DNA of 55,607 bases, from positions 1 through 55,607 of the forward strand of contig CALXCR010000055.1 in NCBI GenBank assembly GCA_944386855.1, in the 5' to 3' direction. This stretch comes from an uncultured Oscillospiraceae bacterium. GTDB lineage: Bacteria; Bacillota; Clostridia; Oscillospirales; Oscillospiraceae. The notes beneath the pieces are model-generated. The model searched no databases. It was not told where the DNA came from and was given only the letters and a program-made list of their open reading frames with translations. Every line of letters begins with the position of its first letter. The first letter of the stretch is position 1. Below, piece after piece: positions 9,959 to 18,287 of the stretch. Both the position numbers and the translations under genes were made by a program.

Positions 9959-11062
9959 ATGAAGGACATAATGGGCATAATATGCACGAATTATAACGAC
10001 GACGATCTGAACCAGCTTACGGAAGACCGCGCTCTCGCGTCTCTGCCGTTCGGCGGACGATACCGCCTCGTCGATTTTCCGCTGTCGAACATGAAAAATT
10101 CCGACATAAGAACAGTCGGCATAATCATGCCGTATATGTACCGCTCCCTTATGGATCATCTCGGCGGCGGCAAGGAGTGGAACCAGTACCGCAAGGTGGG
10201 AGGGTTCTTCTTCCTCCCCGGCTCTATCTACGGCCTTAAAACGGCGCGCAGCAAGTTTTTGCTCCGTGATTTTATATCAAACAGGCCGTTTGTCACGCGC
10301 GGCAGCGGCGATTTGATCGTCATAAGCGGCAGCAACAAGATATTCAATATCGATTACCGCAGCATCGCCCGTGAACACGAGGCGAGCGGCGCCGACGTTA
10401 CGCTCATATACAAGCGGTCGTATATACCGGCCGATTCGGGCGAGCTTTTCCTCGATATCAACGACTTCGGCAGGGTTTCCAACATAATGCATGAGCCCGA
10501 CGGCGATGCCTGCTGCTTCCTCGATACGCTTATCATCAACCGTGAGATGCTTTTGAACTACTTAAACTGGTATGAGGCGCTCACCTACCTTGATCTTATG
10601 GACACGATAGCCGAGACGCTCAGTACCGTCAAAGTCTTCGCATACGAGTTTGACGGCTATGCCGGCTCCATAAACAGTCTTAAAACGTATATGAATTGCA
10701 GCATAGACTTATTGGATGAAAACGTCAGGGACGAGCTGTTCATCCCGGAACGCCAGATAAGCACAAAGGCACAGGACTCCGCTCCGGCAAAATATCTGCC
10801 GCACGCGCATGTACGCAATTCCATCATATCCTCCGGCTGTATCATAGACGGCGACGTTGAAGACTGCATTATTTTCCGCGATGTTATCATAGAGCGCGGA
10901 GCATCTATCAAAAACAGCGTTATTATGGCGCACACGGTTATCGGAGAGAACGTCTGTCTTGAAAACGTGATATCCGATAAGTATGTACATATCCAACCGG
11001 GTGTAAAGCTTTTCGGAAGCTGTGACAACCCTATAACCATCGAAAAGCGCAGCAATATTTAA
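9959..11062 (+). CDS. glgD: Glucose-1-phosphate adenylyltransferase subunit GlgD (regulatory paralog)
   Basis: The ATG at 9959 follows GGGAGGG. It is a GlgC paralog lacking the GGxGxRL motif (it has LPFGGRYRLVDF instead). It sits directly after glgC, as in Firmicutes. Confidence 0.85.
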   Translation: MKDIMGIICTNYNDDDLNQLTEDRALASLPFGGRYRLVDFPLSNMKNSDIRTVGIIMPYMYRSLMDHLGGGKEWNQYRKVGGFFFLPGSIYGLKTARSKFLLRDFISNRPFVTRGSGDLIVISGSNKIFNIDYRSIAREHEASGADVTLIYKRSYIPADSGELFLDINDFGRVSNIMHEPDGDACCFLDTLIINREMLLNYLNWYEALTYLDLMDTIAETLSTVKVFAYEFDGYAGSINSLKTYMNCSIDLLDENVRDELFIPERQISTKAQDSAPAKYLPHAHVRNSIISSGCIIDGDVEDCIIFRDVIIERGASIKNSVIMAHTVIGENVCLENVISDKYVHIQPGVKLFGSCDNPITIEKRSNI

Positions 11063-11074
11063 GGAGGTGCTGTT

Positions 11075-12508
11075 ATGAAGATACTTTACGCGGCATTTGA
11101 GGCGACGCCGTTTATGAAAACGGGCGGACTGGGCGACGTTGCCGGAAGCCTTCCGCGCGCACTGCTAAGCGCAGGCGTCGACGCGCGTCTCATAATGCCG
11201 AAGTTTGACACGATCCCGGATGAATACAAATCCCGGATGACGCATGTTGCCGATTTCTACATGAATCTCAGCTGGCGTCATCAGTACTGCGGGATAGAAA
11301 CGCTTACGCTCGACGGAGTCGTGTGCTATTTTATCGACAATGAATACTACTTCAAACGTCCGCAGCCCTACGGATACTATGACGACGGGGAGCGCATAGC
11401 TTTCTTTGCCAAGGCGGTGCTTGACTGTATCCCCCATCTGCCTGATTTTGTGCCTGATATCATCCACTGCAACGACTGGCACACGGCGCTGACACCCGTA
11501 TATCTCAAAAACCGCAGCCGCACGGGTGTATATCAGAACATCAAAACCGTGTTTACGATCCACAACCTCAAGTTCCAGGGGCTTTTTTCCCGCGCTTGTA
11601 CAGGCGACGTACTGGGGTTATCCGACGAGGAGGCGGAACATGCCGGTCTCTTCTGCTCCGAAGGGCTGAATTACTTAAAAGGCGGCGTATGCTGCAGCGA
11701 CGCGCTCACTACCGTGAGCCCGTCATACGCGGACGAGATATGCACCGCTTTTTACGGCGAAAAGCTTGACGACGTTTTCAGAGGCAGGCGTCACCTCCTG
11801 CACGGTATACTAAACGGTATCGATACGTCGGTATACGATCCGCAGTCCGATCCGATGATCGCGGCGCATTACAGCGTCGACGACATATCGGGAAAAGCGG
11901 CAAACAAAGCCGCTCTTCAGAAACGACTGGGGCTTAAAAAACGTGCACGGACACCGCTTTTAGCCGTTGTAAGCCGTCTTACCGAGCAGAAGGGGTTTGA
12001 CCTTGTGCTGCATATAATGCGCGAGCTGATGCAGGAAAGCGTGCAGCTTGTCGTTTTGGGCGTCGGAGACGAGAAATACGAAAGGGCGTTTCGTCAGCTT
12101 GCCGAGGAGATGCCGGACAAGGTCTCCGCCAATATATGTTTTGACGATGCGCTGTCCCACCTCATATATGCCGGGGCCGACATGGTGCTCGTCCCGTCGC
12201 TGTTTGAGCCGTGCGGGCTTTCTCAGATGTTTGCGATGCGCTACGGCGCGCTGCCGGTAGTACGCGAGACGGGCGGGCTTCGCGACAGCGTCGAGCCGTA
12301 CAACAAATACGAGCACACGGGTACGGGATTCAGCTTTGCAAATTACAACGCGCATGAGCTGCTGTTTACGCTTAAGGATGCGATGACGCTCTACCACCGC
12401 CGCCGCGCCGAATGGGAGGCGATGGTATTGCGCGCGATGAACAAGGATTTCTCGTGGGGCGCATCCGCTAAACAGTATATGGACTTGTATACGGAGCTTT
12501 TGAAATGA
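11075..12508 (+). CDS. glgA: Glycogen synthase (ADP-glucose type, GT5)
   Basis: 477-aa ORF with RBS GGAGG. It carries the N-terminal AFEATPFMKTGGLGDV motif and a C-terminal GT-B fold. Confidence 0.92.
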   Translation: MKILYAAFEATPFMKTGGLGDVAGSLPRALLSAGVDARLIMPKFDTIPDEYKSRMTHVADFYMNLSWRHQYCGIETLTLDGVVCYFIDNEYYFKRPQPYGYYDDGERIAFFAKAVLDCIPHLPDFVPDIIHCNDWHTALTPVYLKNRSRTGVYQNIKTVFTIHNLKFQGLFSRACTGDVLGLSDEEAEHAGLFCSEGLNYLKGGVCCSDALTTVSPSYADEICTAFYGEKLDDVFRGRRHLLHGILNGIDTSVYDPQSDPMIAAHYSVDDISGKAANKAALQKRLGLKKRARTPLLAVVSRLTEQKGFDLVLHIMRELMQESVQLVVLGVGDEKYERAFRQLAEEMPDKVSANICFDDALSHLIYAGADMVLVPSLFEPCGLSQMFAMRYGALPVVRETGGLRDSVEPYNKYEHTGTGFSFANYNAHELLFTLKDAMTLYHRRRAEWEAMVLRAMNKDFSWGASAKQYMDLYTELLK

Positions 12509-15500
12509 GCGCCGTATATCATGACTCGCACGATATAAAGTACCGCCGCCCTTTTGGGGCGGCGGTAACGGGCAGTACGGTAAAATTGTCGCTTACGGCG
12601 TCAGTCGGCAGTAAATGCTTTGTCCGGCTATGGGAAAACGGCAAAGGCGAGACGGTCATACCGATGTCTTACGACGGCGGGAGTCTTTACTCGTCCGATG
12701 TTTCAATGCCAGACCATGCCGTCCTCATCTGGTACTATTTTATCATCGACGAGCCGGATAAAGGGCACGTCTACTACGGGTCGGACGGAGCTAACCTAGG
12801 CGGCATCGGAGCGGTCTATGACCATGAGCCGCCGTCATGGCAGATAACCGTGTACCGCCCCGATCATATTCCGGGCTGGTATAAAAGTGCAGTCGTGTAC
12901 CAGATATTCCCCGACAGATTCCGACGCGGAAAGGACTGGCGTATATGTCAGCAAAACGCCGCGTTGTCCCCCGCCCACCGCGGCCCTGGCAGATATGTCC
13001 GCGACGACTGGGATGAGATGCCGTTTTACTCGAAAAACCCCGACGGAAGCATATCAAGCTGGGATTTTTACGGCGGGAATCTCACGGGTATTGCGGAAAA
13101 ACTGCCGTATCTGAAAAGCCTCGGTGTGACCGCTCTGTATTTAAATCCTATTTTTAAATCGCCAAGCAACCATAAATACGACACCTCGGACTATATGCAC
13201 GTCGACGAGGCGTTCGGAGGCGACGAGGCGCTTGATATGTTGATCAGCGAGGCGGGAAAGCTGGGTATAAACGTCATACTCGACGGGGTGTTCAGCCACA
13301 CGGGCGCGGACAGCATATATTTTAACAAATACGGCAATTTTGACTCCGTGGGCGCGTATCAGGGCGAATCGTCGCCGTATTACAGGTGGTATAATTTTGA
13401 AGAATTCCCGGATAAATATGACTGTTGGTGGGGAGTCGGTGATCTCCCCAACGTCAATGAGGACGATAAGTGGTACTCGCACTTCATTTACGGCGGTGAA
13501 AATAGTGTGATACGCCACTATATTTCGTGCGGTGTAAAGGGCTTTCGTCTCGACGTCGCCGATGAGCTGCCGGACGATTTTATAAAGGGCATCCGGCGCG
13601 CGATGACGGAAACGGACTCTGATTCCCTGCTGCTGGGCGAGGTCTGGGAGGACGCGAGCAACAAATTCAGCCATGGCGAGCAACGCGAATATCTGTACGG
13701 CGGCGAGCTTCAGTCGGTAATGAATTATCCGTTCCGCGATGCGGCCGTAGAATTTATTATGGGCGGCAGCGCGAAGGATTTTCGACGCCGTCTCATGTCT
13801 CTCTATGAAAATTATCCGCCGGAACAATTTTACGCGAATCTGAACCTCATCGGCACGCACGACACGCGGCGCATAATTACCGTTTTGGGCGAAGCGCCGG
13901 AGCTTGAATCTCCCGAAGGCAAGCGGGATTTCCGCCTGTCCGCCGGCGCTTATGAGCTTGCAAAAAGGCGGCTTATCCTGCTGTCTCTCATACAGTTTAC
14001 GATACCCGGAGTTCCGTGCATATACTACGGGGACGAAGCCGGCATGCAGGGGTATGAGGACCCGTTCAACCGCGCAGGTTTCCCATGGGGTCGCGAGGAT
14101 ACACAGCTTGTCGAGCATTTCCGCTTCATATCGCATCTGCGGCATGAGTACGGCGTGCTTATAGACGGCGATTTTACGCCGCTTGCATTTGGCCGCAATG
14201 TGTTCGGCTGTCTGCGCCGCAAAGCCGATGAGGCGGTTTTGACGCTTGTGAATGCCGATAGATATAGCAGTGCCGCGATTTGTATTGAAAGATACGGGCG
14301 GGACGCGCTCGACCTGCTGCATACGCGGCGGATCGATACCGCCGGTGACAATATCGATGTGACGCTTGAGCCGCTTTCTCCGGCGGTCATATATTTTACG
14401 GACTCTCCCCTGCCGCAGAAACCGCTCAATCGCTCGGCCGGTATACTGTGCCATGTCACATCCGTTCCGACGGTCTCCGATTCCCCTGTTCTGGGGCGCG
14501 ATATGCTAAAATTTATCGATTTTCTCGCGGCCTCCGGACAAAAGCTGTGGCAGATACTGCCGCTGAGTCCTCCGGATGCTTTCGGCTCTCCATATACGAG
14601 CTGCTCGGCGTTTGCCGGCAATACCGCTTTGATTGACGGCAGTATGCCTGTTTCCGACAGCGGATATGAGCGCTTCTGCAATGAAAACCGCTACTGGCTT
14701 GACGATTTTGCGCTTTACACGATACTCCATAACCGATTTAACAGGCCTTGGCAGGAATGGCCGCGTGAATACCGCGACAGGGCGGGCCTTGGCGATATCA
14801 AAAGGGAGTTTTCGGACGATATAGAGCGGGTAAAGCACGAACAGTACCGCTTTTTCTCGCAATGGAGCGCGGTAAAAAGATACGCCAATGAACACAGTAT
14901 CGAGATCATCGGTGATATTCCGCTTTTCGTATCGGCCGACAGCGCCGATGTCTGGGCTCACAGGGAGTTTTTTATGCTTGATAATAGCGGACATCCGCTT
15001 CTCACGGCCGGCGCGCCACCTGACGGCTTTTCGGCCGACGGGCAGAACTGGAACACGCCGGTCTACAACTGGGATGAGATCAAACGCTCTTCATATATCT
15101 GGTGGAAAAATAGGCTTGTGCACTGCATGAAGCTGTACGACCGGGTTCGTATCGACCATTTCCGCGGGCTCTCGGCGGGATACGCGATAAAAAACGGCGA
15201 GGCGGCAAAAGACGGCGAGTGGATGTTTGGTCCGGGGCTTGATTTCTTCAAGAGCGTTTACTCGGCAGATATGCGACTGATAGCCGAGGATCTCGGCGTT
15301 TTAGACAGGAGCGTATATAATCTTCTTGAGCTTTCGGGTCTTCCCGGGATGAACGTATGGCAGTTTAACAGCGGGGAGATGATGTCGATGGACAAAGACA
15401 CAGCTTCACGCCGCGTGTTTTACAGCGGCACGCACGACAACGATACGCTGCTCGGCTGGTGTTCCGCGAGCTTTTCTGGGAATGATCCCGCCGAAAGGGC

Positions 15501-15705
15501 GCGGGAGATTATAGAGTCGCTCTATGCATCCGCCGGAGGATGGGTGATACTGCCGCTTCAGGATGTTTTTCTGCTCGGTTCATCGGCTCGTATGAACACT
15601 CCGGGAACGAGCAGCGGCAACTGGAAATGGAAAGCTGATCCCTCCCTGCCATATAATGCGGCGGCAGAGTATTTGAGCAATCTTGTAAAAAAATACGGCA
15701 GATAA
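12505..15705 (+). CDS. Fusion protein: GH13 neopullulanase/cyclomaltodextrinase-like alpha-amylase domain plus GH77 4-alpha-glucanotransferase (MalQ-like) domain
   Basis: 1066-aa uninterrupted ORF with an ATGA overlap onto the glgA stop.
- GH13 regions: DGVFSHT, GFRLDVADEL, LLGEVWED, IGTHDTRR.
- GH77 part, from about residue 640 (nt ~14430): GILCHVTSVP, WQILPLSPP, VRIDHFRG, IAEDLG, GTHDNDT. Confidence 0.85.
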   Translation: MSAVYHDSHDIKYRRPFGAAVTGSTVKLSLTASVGSKCFVRLWENGKGETVIPMSYDGGSLYSSDVSMPDHAVLIWYYFIIDEPDKGHVYYGSDGANLGGIGAVYDHEPPSWQITVYRPDHIPGWYKSAVVYQIFPDRFRRGKDWRICQQNAALSPAHRGPGRYVRDDWDEMPFYSKNPDGSISSWDFYGGNLTGIAEKLPYLKSLGVTALYLNPIFKSPSNHKYDTSDYMHVDEAFGGDEALDMLISEAGKLGINVILDGVFSHTGADSIYFNKYGNFDSVGAYQGESSPYYRWYNFEEFPDKYDCWWGVGDLPNVNEDDKWYSHFIYGGENSVIRHYISCGVKGFRLDVADELPDDFIKGIRRAMTETDSDSLLLGEVWEDASNKFSHGEQREYLYGGELQSVMNYPFRDAAVEFIMGGSAKDFRRRLMSLYENYPPEQFYANLNLIGTHDTRRIITVLGEAPELESPEGKRDFRLSAGAYELAKRRLILLSLIQFTIPGVPCIYYGDEAGMQGYEDPFNRAGFPWGREDTQLVEHFRFISHLRHEYGVLIDGDFTPLAFGRNVFGCLRRKADEAVLTLVNADRYSSAAICIERYGRDALDLLHTRRIDTAGDNIDVTLEPLSPAVIYFTDSPLPQKPLNRSAGILCHVTSVPTVSDSPVLGRDMLKFIDFLAASGQKLWQILPLSPPDAFGSPYTSCSAFAGNTALIDGSMPVSDSGYERFCNENRYWLDDFALYTILHNRFNRPWQEWPREYRDRAGLGDIKREFSDDIERVKHEQYRFFSQWSAVKRYANEHSIEIIGDIPLFVSADSADVWAHREFFMLDNSGHPLLTAGAPPDGFSADGQNWNTPVYNWDEIKRSSYIWWKNRLVHCMKLYDRVRIDHFRGLSAGYAIKNGEAAKDGEWMFGPGLDFFKSVYSADMRLIAEDLGVLDRSVYNLLELSGLPGMNVWQFNSGEMMSMDKDTASRRVFYSGTHDNDTLLGWCSASFSGNDPAERAREIIESLYASAGGWVILPLQDVFLLGSSARMNTPGTSSGNWKWKADPSLPYNAAAEYLSNLVKKYGR

Positions 15706-15711
15706 AATATG

Positions 15712-15752
15712 AAAAGCTCCCACGGCGGTTCAAAACCGTTATGGGAGCTTTT
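15712..15752 (+). terminator. Probable intrinsic terminator of the glg operon
   Basis: Arms AAAAGCTCCCA and TGGGAGCTTTT enclose a 19-nt loop, 7 nt after the stop codon, and are followed by a T-containing stretch. Confidence 0.55.
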
Positions 15753-15854
15753 CCTCTTCATATACTCGGCCACAATCCGATATGCGGCGTCGTGTTTATA
15801 TTTTGCGCTTTTCCGGCATCGGCGGGACAAGCATCGTCGTCCCTGTTTTTGGCA

Positions 15855-16394
15855 CTAGTCGTTTAATACGAGCTTTGCCCTTTCAAGCGCAATTACGATA
15901 ATCGGGATAAGCACGATATGCAGGATTATGCCGGGTATCGCCTCCGTCACGGCGCCGGCGATAAATGCGGAAAACGGGAATGTCGAGCTTGTAAGCCCCG
16001 CGATAACAAATCGCGCAGCGCCCCAGACTATCCTGCCGGCAATCATCGAGAGGATGAGCGTGACGTATACGTTTGCATTCGTTTTCGGGAGTTTTTTATA
16101 CAGCAGCCCGGATATAGCTCCATATGCAGCGAGTTCGAACGCCATAGCGATACCCATCGGCATCGGCGGCATCTGAAACAGCGCGTATCTTAGAAGAGGT
16201 GCGATAAATCCGACGGCAACGCCCCACTGCCAGCCGCACAGGAATCCGCAGAGAAGCACGGGAATGTGCATCGGACTGAGCATAGATCCTATCTGCGGTA
16301 TCTGCCCTGTTAAAAACGGCAGGACGAGCGCAAGCGCAAGACATACACCGGAGTAAACAAGTCTTCTTGTACCGTATGTTTTTGTTGCGGTCAT
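15855..16394 (-). CDS. ECF transporter S component (substrate-capture subunit, substrate unknown)
   Basis: The ORF track gives 15855..16457. The ATG at 16394 follows GAAAGGAGA. It is a ~179-aa polytopic membrane protein with the ECF_trnsprt-like stretch PFLTGQIPQIGSMLSPMHIPVLLCGFLCG. No EcfA or EcfT genes are adjacent, so it is a solitary S component. Confidence 0.7.
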   Translation of the reverse strand: MTATKTYGTRRLVYSGVCLALALVLPFLTGQIPQIGSMLSPMHIPVLLCGFLCGWQWGVAVGFIAPLLRYALFQMPPMPMGIAMAFELAAYGAISGLLYKKLPKTNANVYVTLILSMIAGRIVWGAARFVIAGLTSSTFPFSAFIAGAVTEAIPGIILHIVLIPIIVIALERAKLVLND

Positions 16395-16574
16395 AATTTT
16401 TCTCCTTTCAGATACAAAAAGGGTATCGCTTTCCATGCAGGAAAACGATACCCTCACAAGTATCTATAAAATAAACTCTTATTTCGGCGCGTACCTGCGC
16501 CGTTTGCTATGTATTGGGCTTTAAGCGGCTTCTGCCGTAAAACACGGCTTCATGCCGTACCTTTTATGTTTTTG
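16395..16574 (-). promoter_or_regulatory. Structured 5' leader (riboswitch- or attenuator-like), class not identified
   Basis: About 170 nt lie between a good promoter and the start codon.
- Three short GC-rich hairpins: ACGGC-AUGAA-GCCGU, ACGGC-AGAA-GCCG, GGCGC-AGGUAC-GCGCC.
- A possible antiterminator pairing: GAUAC..GUAUC.
- A strong terminator directly before the RBS. Confidence 0.45.
16416..16453 (-). terminator. Leader (attenuator) terminator upstream of the ECF S-component start codon
   Basis: On the minus strand: GGGUAUCGUUUUCC-UGCAU-GGAAAGCGAUACCC (14-bp stem, 5-nt loop), followed by UUUUU. The RBS and ATG lie about 20 nt downstream. Confidence 0.65.
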
Positions 16575-16604
16575 ATTATAACACAGCAGAGGCGATTTCG
16601 TCAA
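16575..16604 (-). promoter_or_regulatory. Sigma-70-type promoter for the ECF S-component leader
   Basis: On the minus strand: TTGACG (16599..16604), 18 nt, TATAAT (16575..16580), with TGt immediately upstream of the -10 (extended -10). Confidence 0.55.
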
Positions 16605-16656
16605 TAGCACGTCGCCGCTTATTTTGAACGGGGCGGTGTGCAGTATCGGCATACGG

Positions 16657-16899
16657 TTATTTTACATCCGTATCTATACGCTTTTTATAAACGCAAAGCT
16701 CATAGGCGAGCTTTCCCACCGAATACGCTGCGGAGAGAGCTATTCCGAAGCCGAACCGCTCGGCGCGGCATATGTACAGGATGATCGCCGTGACGGCGAC
16801 GGGCATCACGAAATCGAGTATCAGACCGAAAATATTGTCTTTTATATATTTTTTAAGTCTGAAGTTCTTTTGTTCCTCCGCGGTGAATCTGCTGTCCAT
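16657..16899 (-). CDS. Small membrane protein, two predicted transmembrane helices (hypothetical)
   Basis: 80-aa ORF, 24 nt downstream of the 276-aa ORF on the same strand. Hydrophobic segments are IFGLILDFVMPVAVTAIILYI and FGFGIALSAAYSVGKLAY. Confidence 0.45.
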   Translation of the reverse strand: MDSRFTAEEQKNFRLKKYIKDNIFGLILDFVMPVAVTAIILYICRAERFGFGIALSAAYSVGKLAYELCVYKKRIDTDVK

Positions 16900-16923
16900 A
16901 TAGCATCTCCTTTCCGCCTCTCT

Positions 16924-17754
16924 TTAAATTTCTGCGTAAAACCGCTCAACCATATCTTCTATATTGTCGTCGCTCAATGTGACAATGACATGATTTGCGT
17001 CATAATACTGCTTCTCGCCGGCGTTATTTATAAAATCCTCGTACCTGACCGTTTTGCCGTCTTTTACCATTACATACCACTCTTCGATACCCTGTATCTG
17101 GTTTAAGACTATGTACGGCTTATCGGGTACGACGCTTGGTATATCCGCGCCTACGGCGTATATTCCTACGAGCTTTTCGCCGATCCTGTACACTCTCGGC
17201 GCTGCGTAATACACGTCGAGCGACTGTATCCTGTGAAGATAATCCTCAAAAGCGGCCAGACTGCCTCCTATCTCTTTCACCTCGGCGAGTCCGAGCGATA
17301 TCGGATTCAATACACCAAATATTTCAAGCCTTTTGTATTCATCCGTCTCTATCTTTTCCTGTATATCCTCAAGTCCCGCCATGCTCCCTCGCTCGTCATA
17401 TTCTATGAATTTGTCCTTATCGTTTAAGCTGACCTGCTCTTCTTCCCTGATATAGGTTTTTACCTTCAGCTTACCGCATATCCTGTCTATTACGCCGTAA
17501 AATTCCCTTATTTCGGCAGGAGATGTCGGCAGGCTCAATAAAAGCACGACATCTGTCCCGTCTAATGAGACATCTATCCCTCTGGCAAGCCGGTTTTTGT
17601 TGTATAGCAGGGTGTGTTCGGCCATCTCGCCCTCTCTGAGCCTGTAGCTCTCGTCGCAGACTCCGTAAGACAGCCCTGTCCATTCAATAATCTCGTTTAT
17701 ATTTAATTTCTTTTTAAATAGGGACTTCTGCTTTATCCTCACGCTGACAGACAT
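16924..17754 (-). CDS. Hypothetical cytoplasmic protein (possibly DUF4299-like; uncertain)
   Basis: 276-aa ORF with lower G+C than its neighbours. I recognise no catalytic motif. The opposite-strand ORFs look like shadow ORFs. Confidence 0.55.
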   Translation of the reverse strand: MSVSVRIKQKSLFKKKLNINEIIEWTGLSYGVCDESYRLREGEMAEHTLLYNKNRLARGIDVSLDGTDVVLLLSLPTSPAEIREFYGVIDRICGKLKVKTYIREEEQVSLNDKDKFIEYDERGSMAGLEDIQEKIETDEYKRLEIFGVLNPISLGLAEVKEIGGSLAAFEDYLHRIQSLDVYYAAPRVYRIGEKLVGIYAVGADIPSVVPDKPYIVLNQIQGIEEWYVMVKDGKTVRYEDFINNAGEKQYYDANHVIVTLSDDNIEDMVERFYAEI

Positions 17755-17845
17755 ATTTCCATCCGCCTTTCACATGTTTTTTACCCCGATATTCCCGCAG
17801 GAGAATATCGGCCTTGCTATTAGCCACTATGCTGCGGCATACAAG

Positions 17846-18262
17846 TCAGCCGCGCTGTGCAATGATCTCTGCAAGCTTATACAGCGCGTCGTCGATAAGC
17901 TCGGCGGTGGACCTCTCGCCCACACCGGCGACGACGCTGTCACATTTATTTATCGGTATGAGTATGCGAGTCGCTTTGCTTCTGCCGACGGCGGCCGCCA
18001 TTTCTGCCGTGACCTCGCCGAGGAGAGCGTCTGCTATAACTATGCCGATAGGGCCTATTATCACATCGGCACGGCGGGCGGCGACTATCACGGCGTTTTC
18101 TCCCGTGGCGGCGTTCTGCGCACCGCCTTTGAGCATACTGCCCGTCGCGATACTATTGGTGCCGACGGCCGTAAGATCCACGCCCTCGAACCGTTCCGAT
18201 ATCTCTTTTACGAGCTGACGCCCTATCCTGCCGCCCTGCCCGTCTATTACAAGTATGTTCAT
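17846..18262 (-). CDS. DUF3842 family protein
   Basis: The ATG at 18262 follows AGAGGGAG and gives MNILVIDGQGGRIGRQLV..., the N-terminus typical of DUF3842 proteins. It lies 25 nt downstream of lepA. Confidence 0.6.
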   Translation of the reverse strand: MNILVIDGQGGRIGRQLVKEISERFEGVDLTAVGTNSIATGSMLKGGAQNAATGENAVIVAARRADVIIGPIGIVIADALLGEVTAEMAAAVGRSKATRILIPINKCDSVVAGVGERSTAELIDDALYKLAEIIAQRG

Positions 18263-18287
18263 ATATCCGCTCCCTCTTTGATCCGGC

